Assembly: GCA_965644495.1 (NCBI GenBank) | Contig: CBFFSA010000011.1 | Span: 372,001-436,000, forward strand | Length of the DNA stretch: 64,000 nt | Direction: 5' to 3' | Origin: Perkinsela sp. CCAP 1560/9 | Taxonomy: Eukaryota > Protista > Euglenozoa: Kinetoplastea | Part shown: positions 44,787 through 55,846 of the stretch, piece after piece | Layout of the letters: each line of letters starts with the position of its first letter | Position numbering within the stretch: the first letter of the stretch is position 1 | The notes under the pieces: model-generated | The model's database searches: none | What the model saw: only the letters and a program-made list of their open reading frames with translations | What the model was told of the DNA's origin: nothing | Made by a program: the position numbers and the translations under genes

Positions 44787-45548
44787 ATGGCAGAGACTTT
44801 GCTGCGACAAAATCGCTTAGGAAAAGCGCGAGCCAAACTGCCAGACGAATACCATTTAGCTCAATTCCTACAGAAAATTGACAACAAACATCCCTCCTGG
44901 ACGACGAATACTCCCGTATGCAAATGGCATAATATAGAGTGTGATGCCAACGGTGAAATTTTTCGAATTAATTGGACAATGCTCTCTCTCGACGGAACAC
45001 CGCATTGGACCCATCTATCAAATATAAAGTGCATTTTCATATTCCTTAACAGTAACAAACTACTGGAAGATATCGTGTTGAAATGGTTACCCCCGAACAT
45101 TCGACTTTTCAATGGTAGAGGCAACAAGTTTGGTGGCGGTTTAAATTTGAACGAACTGCCGAAACAGATAGAAAGCCTGCAATTAGATAGCTGCCACCTA
45201 CGCGGGACCATTTCTCTACACGATCTGCCCCATGGATTTCAGTCGCTGCAGTTAGGGCAAAATCAGCTCTCGGGTTGTCTTGACTTTCGAGCGTTACCTG
45301 TCTCAATCAACTTGTTGGGTTTCTCATACAACAACTTTTCAGGACCTGTAGATTTACATATTCTTCCATATTACATCCTTTTATGGTTAGACAACAATCC
45401 GAATCTCTGCGGAGAGTTTGATCCAATACGCTTCGAACGCAGCATTAACACTTATGGCACACAAATCAAGAAACTCCCGCCTCGCGGTTCTTATAGTTGC
45501 TTTTTGTCTCTGCGATATGTTTTTGACTCCGATATCTGGAGGTTTTAG
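44787..45548 (+). CDS. Leucine-rich repeat protein
   Basis: TPVCKWHNIEC cap; LQLGQNQLSGCLDFRALP. Confidence 0.85.
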   Translation: MAETLLRQNRLGKARAKLPDEYHLAQFLQKIDNKHPSWTTNTPVCKWHNIECDANGEIFRINWTMLSLDGTPHWTHLSNIKCIFIFLNSNKLLEDIVLKWLPPNIRLFNGRGNKFGGGLNLNELPKQIESLQLDSCHLRGTISLHDLPHGFQSLQLGQNQLSGCLDFRALPVSINLLGFSYNNFSGPVDLHILPYYILLWLDNNPNLCGEFDPIRFERSINTYGTQIKKLPPRGSYSCFLSLRYVFDSDIWRF

Positions 45549-45782
45549 GAAAACGAATTGTATCTCCTTTTTTTACCTATGCTACTCTATTAATCTGATT
45601 TCCCAAAATCTTTATAAGCCAAAATTCGAGTTATTGTCCCTAGAAGGGACAATGAGAAAGAAAATCCTAACCAGTAAACGATAAAAAATATACTCAAAGA
45701 TAATTATGGAGATAGGGCTTTTTCAACTGAGTTCTTAAAGGACAACCTATCATAACAGTCCCACCCTTTAACTTTAGATAAG

Positions 45783-46155
45783 GCGGAGGTGGCGGAGTGG
45801 CAAGAATTCAAAGTTTGAAGCACATGGTGCTCAGACGGCGAGTTCAAACCCGCTCATCGCAATATTCCTGGCGGCCTCACTCTAAAAGGCTGGGCTGATA
45901 ACCGACTAGGCCCAGTACTCGGAGGACCGTCCCGGACCCTCCCCTCAGGGAACCAGCTCCCTTACCCGGCTTAAACCTCTTGGGTAAGCCGTGTTGACGT
46001 ACAATTCGTCGACGCAGCGTGTTGGCAACAGCACGTTGGTGCCGCCTTGGGCAAGCGGAAACTGGTAGAGGACGTCGGCCTCGGAACTTCCAAATCTGTC
46101 TGTGAAGGGTCTGGCTTGCCAGTGACCATCCGGAGCAATCTGGAATGATTTGGAT
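45783..46155 (+). repeat. SINE-like repeat, copy 2, with a tRNA-like head (Pol III A and B boxes)
   Basis: A box TGGCGGAGTGG (45790-45800), B box GAGTTCAAACCC (45840-45851); the body is homologous to 5575-5902. Confidence 0.7.
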
Positions 46156-46809
46156 TTTTTAACTTTAGTTCAGGTGGAGTTCAGGAGTATACATGCCTTA
46201 TATGAGGGTAGGCGAAAATGTCGGGGTGTGTGAATCGAAAATACTAAGAATAATAAAGCGTCGTAGAAGCCTAATAGAGGTTGAAATGGATTTTTTTAGG
46301 GTGGAAAATTTTCAGACCCCCCTTATACTTTAGTTTTCCCCAAAACAAGTGAAGTACAAAGGGTCACAGTAATACCACTCTGCCCTCGATTATCGAAAAG
46401 CATAGGTGAGCAAAAACAGTTCAGCAATAAAGAGGAACACAACAATACAGTTCGCGTTATATTGATACATCCCCCCCCCCGGAAATTGGCGTTTCTTGTC
46501 CATTTTTGCTTATTTTTATTGTAAACGAGAGATCTCGTTCGCATAAGACGTTAGCCGTAGCTCCCCCCTGGAACGTAGTTAAGAGTGTCTGACTTACGTG
46601 TGTCTCACACAAGACAAAACATGGTAAAAAAATTAATTCGTCTCTTTCTGGGAGATGTTTGCGAGAAAATTTATGTATGAGGGTGAGATTTTTATTCCTT
46701 TGCGCTCCATGTAGTTATACCACCGCAATTATAAATTTAAATACACTATATCACCTATTAGATTCTCTTCTGGCATGGTACACTTATCTGATGCACACCA
46801 TATGAATAC

Positions 46810-48567
46810 GTGTCTTATGGAAAAGCCTACATTCCTTCACTGCAAAACCGTGACACGATTACATCTTCGCTGCACGTTTTAGGTCAAACTATGAAATTCA
46901 AAACTATGTGCAGTGCACCTGGTAAACGGTGGTACCTTTCTTTATCGTTTCCCCAGCATCATGAAAGATTCATTTCCGTTCACTTACCTCTTACCGACGA
47001 GCGATTCAACCATTCTTTAGTTCAGTCCAATTCTTTACACAGACTTCACGTTGTTGAGCACCTCTCCCCAAGCTACACAGCACTGATTTCTCCATCCGGA
47101 TTTTCGAGATCATTCCCTCGGTTGGATAGCAAAGAGTCTTCCATAGCCTCACGCGACACGCTGAAACCTCCCCTTCTCATATACCCTGTTCCTCGTTCAA
47201 AGCGAAATAGTATCTCAAGTAGCATTCCTTCATTATCATCGAGCGTTTTTCCTCGTTGCACCACCTCGTTATCCATCCCTTTTTTCTTCCCTTTCCGGAC
47301 CTACACCGCCAAACATGACACATCGCGTGTCCCCACTTCTCCACCTCACCCTCCTACACCACTAAATCCTAAAGCCCCGCACAAACAAACCCGTCTTCAA
47401 AAATCAGAAAAAATGACTCCCAGTGCAAAGGAGGACAAAAGGGCTTCTCCTAAAAATCCAAATTCGGAAAAGGCACCAAACCTGAAAAGTTCCAAAAAGG
47501 CGGAAAATGTACAACATGTGAAAACTACGCCTCACGCGAAATCTCCACCCCCTTCGGACCTCCCTGAAACCCCACCCCCCTCCCCCCCTTCCGAGCCCCC
47601 CTGCGCCAACCCGCCCCCCTCCCCTCCCCCCCTCGCCTCCACCGCCTCCGCGCTCGAGACCGACCTCGTGCTGGCCCACTCCGCGGCCTGCCTCCGTGCG
47701 GAGGGCCGGGAGCACCAGATCGAGCCCCTGGTCTGGGCCGAGGACACCCACTACCCCCCCATCCTCAGCCGCCCCGGGCAGCGCAGCGTCTACTACCACA
47801 TGGACGACCTCCCCCCCCACGTCTCCCCGCTCTACCCCTACCTCCACTCCCAGCGCCGTGAGTTCTTCCAAACCGAACGCAACAAAAGGCCCTGGAGCCA
47901 AACCCTCTTTCGTTTCGGTTTCTTTTTTCTAAGTTTTATTTTGTTTGTTTATGCGCTGGTCGCGGCGGAGGTTTGGATTCACCAGCCCCGGGATGTGCTG
48001 CTGATGCGGGAGGAGATGCTACAGAACGCGTATGGGAGAGTGCTGGAGCTGGGCGCGGGGCAGGGCTCCAATGTGGGGCTGTACCCGTACCCCGCCCATG
48101 AGGTGTGGATGATGGATCAGGATGTGGTGTTGCTGCGACGGTTGGAGGCTCGACTGCCGCGGACCTCGTTCCCGGGGTATCATATTTTGCAGCAAAAGGT
48201 GGAGGATTTGGAACGGATTCCGAGTGGGTCGTTTGATACGGTGGTGGATTCGTATGGGTTGTGTCACTATCGGGATCCGGTGAGTGTGTTGCGGGAGGTG
48301 CAGCGGATTGTGAAGCCCACGGGGGTGATACTGTTGCTGGAACATGGACGAACGGAGTACCCCTGGGTGAATGCGTTCTTGGATTTTTATGCGGATCGGC
48401 ACGCGGAGAAAACGGCGGGGTGTCGATGGAATCGACCGGTGGAGGAGTTCGTGAAGGAGTCCGGGATGGTGATAAAGGATCTGAGGAGGAAACACTTTGG
48501 GGTGAGCTTGTATTGCGTGGGGTATCCAACGGAAGGGGCGGGGGCAAGTAAGGAGGCAGGGGGGTAG
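46810..48567 (+). CDS. Class I SAM-dependent methyltransferase with one TM helix (OMS1-like); true start uncertain
   Basis: VLELGAGQG, FDTVVDSYGLC, VKPTGVILLLEHGR, GCRWNR. Confidence 0.85.
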   Translation: MSYGKAYIPSLQNRDTITSSLHVLGQTMKFKTMCSAPGKRWYLSLSFPQHHERFISVHLPLTDERFNHSLVQSNSLHRLHVVEHLSPSYTALISPSGFSRSFPRLDSKESSIASRDTLKPPLLIYPVPRSKRNSISSSIPSLSSSVFPRCTTSLSIPFFFPFRTYTAKHDTSRVPTSPPHPPTPLNPKAPHKQTRLQKSEKMTPSAKEDKRASPKNPNSEKAPNLKSSKKAENVQHVKTTPHAKSPPPSDLPETPPPSPPSEPPCANPPPSPPPLASTASALETDLVLAHSAACLRAEGREHQIEPLVWAEDTHYPPILSRPGQRSVYYHMDDLPPHVSPLYPYLHSQRREFFQTERNKRPWSQTLFRFGFFFLSFILFVYALVAAEVWIHQPRDVLLMREEMLQNAYGRVLELGAGQGSNVGLYPYPAHEVWMMDQDVVLLRRLEARLPRTSFPGYHILQQKVEDLERIPSGSFDTVVDSYGLCHYRDPVSVLREVQRIVKPTGVILLLEHGRTEYPWVNAFLDFYADRHAEKTAGCRWNRPVEEFVKESGMVIKDLRRKHFGVSLYCVGYPTEGAGASKEAGG

Positions 48568-48896
48568 AAGGAGGATCTCTCTACAAATAGATATCCCATC
48601 GAAGGATAATACGGCTCCTGGTGGGTGTTTAAATCTGTTTTTCCGTTCGGCAGACTTAAATATTGTTTGAACAAAAGAAGTCCTTTGAAAGTGTTTTCGT
48701 ATAAGACAGAGGTTAGTTACATGTAGTGTAGTCATGCTATAATTAGCTTTTGGTTTGCTGTACGTATAGTATTGTTCAGAATACCGTTCCCCTAAGCATT
48801 CATTTATCGTTACTCTAAGAAGCACTTCATAGCCTCCTTTTTACGTCAAGGTCACGACTCGAAGTGTAAATTGTGCCTATAATATAAACAACTTTT

Positions 48897-49961
48897 TTGT
48901 ATTATTCAAACAACGTACTGGTTGCTATGGAATCCCGTCTTGGTCGTCCACGAAAAAATCTGATTCTCCCTCCCGATGAAGCAATCCACCAATTTCTACG
49001 AAACACGACAGCACATCATCCAACATGGAGTAATGTATACCCCGTAAAGCATTGGACTGGATTTAAATTTCGCGCGAACGAATTGGACAACATTACATTG
49101 GATAGATCCCAGTGGCCGAGTTGGTCACCCAACCTATTGACGGGGACGTTAAGCTGGTCATTTCTTCCCCGTTCGTTGCTCTCAATTTCGATCATTCGTT
49201 TGCCGGTAGAAGGATTTTTGCCCACTGCTGATCTCCCCCAATCTCTTCAACGTTTGAGTCTCGTAAGAACAAGGCTTGGTGGGGATTTTGATTTCACAAC
49301 ATTGCCTCCAGGGCTCGTCCGGTTACGCGTGGTAAATTCTAATTTTGGAAGTTCATGTGATTTCTCTTTTTTGCCTCCTACACTCGAGTGTTTGAATTTT
49401 CAGCATAGTCGTTTAGAGGGAAAAATCGATTTGACTTGTCTCCCCGATGGTCTTCGTATCATTCGCTTGAATCATAACTTACTAAAAGGTTCCCTTCAAC
49501 TGGGAGAATTGCCACCTAAGCTGCGATGCCTCGATGTGGAGGCCAATAATTTTACTGATGTACAAGGAATGTGTTGCCTACCCTACACTTTGCTAACATT
49601 GAACCTTTCTCACAATCGTCTACAAGGACCCCTGGCGTTTAGGAATCTCCCCGCTACCTTGCATGTTCTCAATTTTTCTCATAATCACTTTACCGGAAAT
49701 CCAATTCTTACGTATCGTCATATTCCAAAGGACTTGGAAGTTCTTGACCTTTCGGAGAATCCGTTACTTGCCGGATTTTTAAATACTCGTCTCATCGTGC
49801 CTCGCACGATAATACGCACCACGGGGACTCAAGTGCACACCGTACCCTTGCCTCGTACTTCTGTAGATATTCGAAAGGAAGAAAACAAGCAAACGGGAAT
49901 TGTTCTTGCTGGCGCACTCGCTGTAATGGCAGTGGTTATTTGGGGTGTTTATGCTCTATAA
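48897..49961 (+). CDS. Leucine-rich repeat protein with a C-terminal TM anchor
   Basis: About 9 LRRs (LNLSHNRLQG, LDLSEN); tail IVLAGALAVMAVVIWGVYAL; likely ATG at 48927. Confidence 0.85.
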   Translation: MYYSNNVLVAMESRLGRPRKNLILPPDEAIHQFLRNTTAHHPTWSNVYPVKHWTGFKFRANELDNITLDRSQWPSWSPNLLTGTLSWSFLPRSLLSISIIRLPVEGFLPTADLPQSLQRLSLVRTRLGGDFDFTTLPPGLVRLRVVNSNFGSSCDFSFLPPTLECLNFQHSRLEGKIDLTCLPDGLRIIRLNHNLLKGSLQLGELPPKLRCLDVEANNFTDVQGMCCLPYTLLTLNLSHNRLQGPLAFRNLPATLHVLNFSHNHFTGNPILTYRHIPKDLEVLDLSENPLLAGFLNTRLIVPRTIIRTTGTQVHTVPLPRTSVDIRKEENKQTGIVLAGALAVMAVVIWGVYAL

Positions 49962-50429
49962 ATTTTATAGAGGTTTTCGTTTTATAGTATAAAAAGAAGA
50001 GCAGTCTCAATAAGAACATTAATATTTTTTTATGAACCGTTCAAAGCTTCCCTTAATGTTTCTAATAAATAGGAAAAAGGGAATTACAGTATGGTGATAA
50101 AAAATGTGTGTATTTAATGCGTTCACATTCAGCGTGATGGTACGATGTTTTCATGACTGTAACCTCTTTCAAGAAAAGAAAAACTGAAATCAGAAAGACA
50201 CAACCAATTTTTTTAAACTCCGTTCCCCGATCAACGACTCAAATAACATTAAAACTCAAATATGATATTATAAAAACTGCTAAAGCATATGCGGCGCGCA
50301 TACAAGTTGAGATTTCTTTTAAGGTTATGATTCTCTTCAATAAATTTTGTAACGGCTAACATAACAAGGTTATGATTTCACAAAGGTATCAGTCTCCTAT
50401 CGGACTTTATTTTAATCCTCTGGCCCAAT

Positions 50430-50900
50430 TTCGCAGCGCAATTCTTTTTCCCTCCAGCTAAGATTACCACCCTCTAGATTTCCACGAATGAACTTCTGTG
50501 TCGCGATCGTATCTCAGTGAAGGAAAGATTTTGACAAGAATCCGGGTTTCGTAGACGTCTTCGTCGTGCGCAACTCGCGTAGCTTTTCATCAGCCCCGAT
50601 AGAAGACAATCTTCTCCGGGGAGATCTTGACAAGTTTCTCTGCTACTTCCGTCCACCTGGTCACTGCCTTCCAGCACAATAGAATTGTCATTGCCTCGCA
50701 GTACCCTACGTTCGTAGTTACCCTGCGGCATAGCTCTCTCAGAAGATAAGGCATCAGGGGTCTCATTTGGCGTTGGGGCTCCAATCCGCCCTGCGCTTGC
50801 AACGCGCTTGCGTACAGCCTTAGCGGGGTTTTTTCGGCATTTACGTGAGCGTAAATGGTTTGGAGATTTCGTGTGAAGGTCAGCCGAGTTCGAGCCCTGG
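50430..50900 (-). pseudogene. Tyrosine recombinase fragment of VIPER/TATE/DIRS-type retroelements
   Basis: RQMRPLMPYLLREL...ILLCWKAVTRWTEVAEKL...IVFYRG**KATR resembles the W.TA.R..E...L (catalytic Arg box) and downstream K motif. Confidence 0.6.
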
Positions 50901-51384
50901 GGGTAAGAGTTGTTATCTTAGATAACTGATTCCCATAACAATGTTTTGGATGGCAGCGCACGGCATTGGATGGCAGTGGACAACTGCATAGTGTACCAAG
51001 ACAGCTGTGTTTTTCGCATGGAAAGCCGATACATACATTTTTGTCATTCACCCAGGCACATACGTGTAATAAATTTATAAGGTTCATAAGCAAATTAATT
51101 GTGCTTACACATCGAAGAAAAAAATGTTTAGTTGGGGTTAATGATGTTTAATTGACCCGGAATTACGTTCAGTGCATGTGAAGGCTTGTGTCGTAACTAA
51201 ATGTAGCTTTAATTTCTCCGAGATAAAAATGTATGCATACTTTGTAGTAAGTTACTGCAACTTCAATGCAGGGTGTGAAGAAGAATGCAGGGTATGATGA
51301 GACTAACTAGAACAGCTAGATGTTGTGCAGCAAGACTGCATGAACAACAAGCAAGTTTAAAATATATATTGTATAGACGAAAGA

Positions 51385-52110
51385 ATGTATCATATTCGAA
51401 ATATGTACGGATTAGAAAATCTGGTAAGCGCAATTCTTGGTTGCTGCTTCTTATTTTTGGTTAGCGTCGCATATTTGGTAAGGTCGGCCGATCCTCACTT
51501 TCGTCAGAACTCCACACAGTATGTGTCGCTACCACACACAGATATTGACTTCGCCTTTTTTCCTTCTCTCTTGGTTGCATTCTTCACAGGTTGGTTTTTA
51601 GGTAATCGATGGAAAACGGATTATGATCACGAAGAAAAGGTTCATCAGGAAAATAAAACAAGCGAAATAAAACAACCAACGAGTACCAGAACATGTAATA
51701 AGGAAGCAAAGAGTATAGCATCTCAAGCATCTTCGACAAAGATGGTGCTTCTTGTTCGCACAGATTTAGGTATGACTACAGGAAAAATAGCAGCTCAATG
51801 TTGTCACGCGGCGGTAGGACTTGTCGAAGCCATAGTTACGGAACAAAACACAGCCAGATTGAAAAAGGTACACTTTCAATGGTATAAATCGTGGCAACGC
51901 ACTGCTTGCGCCAAAATTACTTTGCATGTACCGCACGAGCATGATCTTCATAGTTTTGCCGAGCAGGCAGAAGAGAAGGGATTGCCTTACTATTTGGTTC
52001 AGGACGCTGGACGAACTCAAATTCCTACGGGTTCTTACACAGTACTAGGTATAGGCCCCGCACCTTCCGAAGCCATTAATGAGATATCAGGTGAACTCAA
52101 ACTATTGTGA
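51385..52110 (+). CDS. PTH2: Peptidyl-tRNA hydrolase 2 with N-terminal TM segments
   Basis: KMVLLVRTDLGMTTGKIAAQCCHA, VQDAGRTQI, TVLGIGP, ISGELKLL. Confidence 0.95.
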   Translation: MYHIRNMYGLENLVSAILGCCFLFLVSVAYLVRSADPHFRQNSTQYVSLPHTDIDFAFFPSLLVAFFTGWFLGNRWKTDYDHEEKVHQENKTSEIKQPTSTRTCNKEAKSIASQASSTKMVLLVRTDLGMTTGKIAAQCCHAAVGLVEAIVTEQNTARLKKVHFQWYKSWQRTACAKITLHVPHEHDLHSFAEQAEEKGLPYYLVQDAGRTQIPTGSYTVLGIGPAPSEAINEISGELKLL

Positions 52111-52645
52111 TCCAATGCTTTGTAATGGCGACGCTAATTGTCTGTTTTGCGTTCGTTATGATATGTGCTATTCCAAATTTTGCGAACGGCCTTCAACTCT
52201 AAATAGTACTCGTCTCCACAACTGTGATTTACTGTTATGAAATGTTTTTACAGTCCCGTTCCGAATCCTTGGAACAAACTTTTAGAGAACACGAAAAGAG
52301 CTTTTTAGATGCGGTTTTTTCTCAGTTACTCATATTCTTGTGAGGTTTAGTGCAAAATTATGCCATCCTTTTGTCATTTATGCATTGCCACTTGATCTCT
52401 TAATTATGCATAATTTAGCTTCCCTTCTCTGTTCGACCACATATATTTTTTGATGCAACGTTTGATACTGCAGACATTACCACGGGCTCTGAGATGACGA
52501 TATATCATGCTCATCCGGGTACAGCACCGACGACAGCGACTCTAGCGAAGACGAAACGCCTCTTTTCACGGGGTGGACTCACGAAACCTCTCATACTCCT
52601 TTACCTCTTATTTCCTCACCCGTTTCCGCTACTTCTCATGTCGAG

Positions 52646-53935
52646 GTGCAGCCCATTATTTATGAAGGACAACTCATGGATCTACTACAGAAAACAGAGG
52701 AAACGACTCATGCCGCGTGTATAAGTGATGCACGCCAAGATTACGAAACCGAAATCGATGGGTCCACGGAGAAAAAAAACGTGATGGTTCTGGAGCAGAA
52801 CATCAGCGTTGAACCTTGTGATGTCACTACCCACGTGCCGGGGATAGATCATTATGAGCATGAGATCGCTAACCTTGAGAACAGCCTTTGTACGAAAATT
52901 CGAACTATACACGCGCTTCGCCGAAAGCTGTAGAATCTTAAAGCGCAAGTTAAGAGACTAAGGGTCACAGTGGATGAGAAAAAAACACTTTTAAGCAAAG
53001 CAAATCAGCGCGAACGAGAGCTCGCAATTGAACTAACTCTTCTGAAAGGAGAGTTGAAAACGTCTACCGAGCTTTGCGAACACTACAAAGCGCAGTGTGA
53101 AATTTTAAAAAAAAGCGAAACGACATTGCTACTTTCTATCGCTCGCCTTAGGGACGAAAATTTTTTACTCAAGCAAAGTGAGGGATGGAAAGGAGAACCG
53201 AAAAAACAAGTTGGTCGTCCGCAGAGTCGTCGAAAAAGAAATCGAAGAGGCCTACCGCGCATTTGGTTCGGAAAAGGTGGTTTGACCGAAACAGGCGTCA
53301 TCACGGTCAAACTTCCTTTTAAGACTGGGATGTTCACACAAGCTGACTTGTGTCACATGCTGTTCCTTACGCGAAGCACTTGCAGCAGAATTTTGCAAAG
53401 TCCGGAAGGTGACGAGCGACTAAAGAAACTTGCATACACATGTACCACTTTACAGAGTTGGACTGGTTACGAGAATGCGAAAAACTTGCTTCCCAAAGTA
53501 TTGGCTGTTGTCAACTCGCAAAGAACACTTACTAATCTTCGTTGCACAATGATGCAAATGAGTGAAGTACCTTTACATGTTTCTAGGCGACGAATGCGGG
53601 CCCTTCTGTATTATCATGGTTATCGATTCCGCTCGAAGGAGCACACGCTTCACTTGATAGAAGCGAAACGCAAGGCTCGCGTAGAATTTTGTCATGCCAT
53701 GCTTAAAGAGAACAGCATGTCTAATGGATCATTTTTTAGTTGTCTGGTCTTCACGGACGAGGTTAATGTACACGCTGGAGACCTGTCTCGAGGCGCTTGG
53801 CAAAGTCCCGAAGATCGCGTTCCGAAAAGCCGTTCTCATCATCCGACAAAGGTGATGTTATGGGGGGCTATCGACAGTGATGGTCGGGTAATTTTTCATT
53901 GGTGTGACGAAAATTATTATAGAGCTTTCTGTTGA
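52646..53935 (+). pseudogene. IS630/Tc1/mariner-type transposase with a long coiled-coil N-terminus; in-frame TAG at 52931-52933 and truncated C-terminus
   Basis: KRKARVEFC, VFTDE, HHPTKVMLWGAIDSDG; the second Asp and final Glu are not reached. Confidence 0.75.
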
Positions 53936-54390
53936 CTTCTACGTCGTTCTTGAAATGCTTTGTGTCTTAGCAAACGATCCTGTACTTCGTATACATTTCC
54001 TTCGTATACATTTCACACATATTTATGTCAAAAATTCGACAAAAGAGGGCCGAAAAATTGCGTCTTACCCAATATTGGGACCGCAAACTTAATCATTTTA
54101 TTTAAAAACTGTTTCATCAAACTATTTTTACACTAAAGCCCCCACCCTAAATGATGCGTTTCCACCACTTATTTCATCTGAGGACCTTTCCTATGAGCGA
54201 AACGTTTGTTGCAATATGGCTGGAACGGCACTGTAGATGTTAATACTGTTACGCCTTTACTTTTTCGTACTGCGTCAGAAAAAAGAAACAAGTTTTTTTG
54301 TTTATAATTAGTTCATCAGGAGGAACCAAAGATATCCATTTTTCTACGTAGCAATCCGATTTATTCTTACTCTTTATATTCTGTCCCAGC

Positions 54391-55464
54391 ATGGCAGTCC
54401 GAGTCTTAGGCCTCCCGCATTCGATCACCACAGAACACCTTCGTCAAGTGTGTGCCTTTTACACCCCTTCACACAATTTAAAGGACATAACCCTCAAAGA
54501 GGAGACGAGACATGACAGTGTAGGAAACTGTGAACGTGTTGAAGAAAATTTTCAATCCTCAGAGGAGGATCAGAAAATACAAAATGCTGATCCCATGCAA
54601 AGTACGCCTGCAGATGTTCGAGGAAAATCTGCTGAGATTTTCTTACGTCGCGGGGCCACACGTCTGGCTCAAGCGCTGCATCATTCCGAGTTTGATGGTA
54701 AGCCCATATACACATGTGTGCTGGTCGAAAACAGTGAAAGTACCGAAAGAGAACGGGAGGAAAATGAGGTAAAAGGTGAAGGTAAATACGATGAAGATCA
54801 ATTCAGACATTCACCAGAACGAAGAGTCACAAGGTCGTATAGAACACATCGCCGCAGCCCAAGTCCTGTCCTCCATCGTGATTCATATCGCAGAGGAGAC
54901 TATCACTCGAGTCGGGATACCAGAGCGGGGTACAGCCACTCACGTTCGAAAAACCGACGAAGATCTTGTCGTTCTCGAAGCAGAGGGAGGCATAGGCGAA
55001 CGCGCAGAGAAGAATCCAGTGATGAGAGGGTCGAGTACCCCAGCAGACGTCGAGAGAACTCCTACATAAGAAGTCACCGTGTCCATGATTCACGTTCTCG
55101 ACGTCGTGAAAAGTCTTATCGGCGTTCCTACCGAGACAGAAAAGATAGTTTGGAGAGAGGCAACTCCACAGCAAGAAGGAGACACGCCTATGAATATGAA
55201 GGACGTTCTCGTTCGTACAAACGGAGACGATATGCAAGTCGAGATAGAGAATGTTCTCGGCATCCTCTAGATTCCCATGAGAAATACAGATCGCGCAGTC
55301 GCAGTCATGGGAGAAAAAGGTATCGCAATGATTCGTACGAGAGACGTCGAAGTCTTAATTCAGAATACAGCAGAGATCGAAAACGGTCACCTAAATATGA
55401 GGAAAGTAGGCATGCCCCCCTGAAAGAGTCCATATGGGATGTGTGGGATGCGCAGAATCGTTAG
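54391..55464 (+). CDS. RS/RE-rich protein with a degenerate N-terminal RRM
   Basis: VRVLGLPHSITTEHLRQV...ALHHSEFDGKPIY, followed by long Arg/Ser-rich repeats. Confidence 0.7.
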   Translation: MAVRVLGLPHSITTEHLRQVCAFYTPSHNLKDITLKEETRHDSVGNCERVEENFQSSEEDQKIQNADPMQSTPADVRGKSAEIFLRRGATRLAQALHHSEFDGKPIYTCVLVENSESTEREREENEVKGEGKYDEDQFRHSPERRVTRSYRTHRRSPSPVLHRDSYRRGDYHSSRDTRAGYSHSRSKNRRRSCRSRSRGRHRRTRREESSDERVEYPSRRRENSYIRSHRVHDSRSRRREKSYRRSYRDRKDSLERGNSTARRRHAYEYEGRSRSYKRRRYASRDRECSRHPLDSHEKYRSRSRSHGRKRYRNDSYERRRSLNSEYSRDRKRSPKYEESRHAPLKESIWDVWDAQNR

Positions 55465-55846
55465 ACAAGTGCTAAGACCGTTCCTTCTGGTAGATTCGTG
55501 TCGTAATGTGATTTCTCTTCATACTATTTACTGGTCTTAAGCGTTCACTAGGCAATCAATACTCAGGAACTGGTGTCTGCTCAATCCCCCGAAAACATTA
55601 CGAATATTTTGGAATCCGCATGCTGTGTAAAGCCCGTTATTTCGTTGCATTCTACACGATGCAATTTTATACTCACTTTCGTAATTTTTCTTACGCGCAA
55701 ACAAAAATAATTTAAATGAAGGCACTCCAATCAAGCAGTTGAAATTAGCTTCGGAAATTAGCCTTTCTACATTCGAAATCCATCTAACAGCTACATGTAC
55801 TCACTTCTAGATCATCAAAATATTTCTTACGTTTCTTTACTGTACA

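Noticed and set aside
45783-45861. Functional tRNA gene
   Set aside because: The acceptor and T stems have mismatches and there is no clean anticodon arm; it is part of a longer repeat.
47936-48825. Long antisense ORFs here and opposite UPF1, dynamin and citrate synthase
   Set aside because: Shadow ORFs of GC-rich coding sequence on the + strand.
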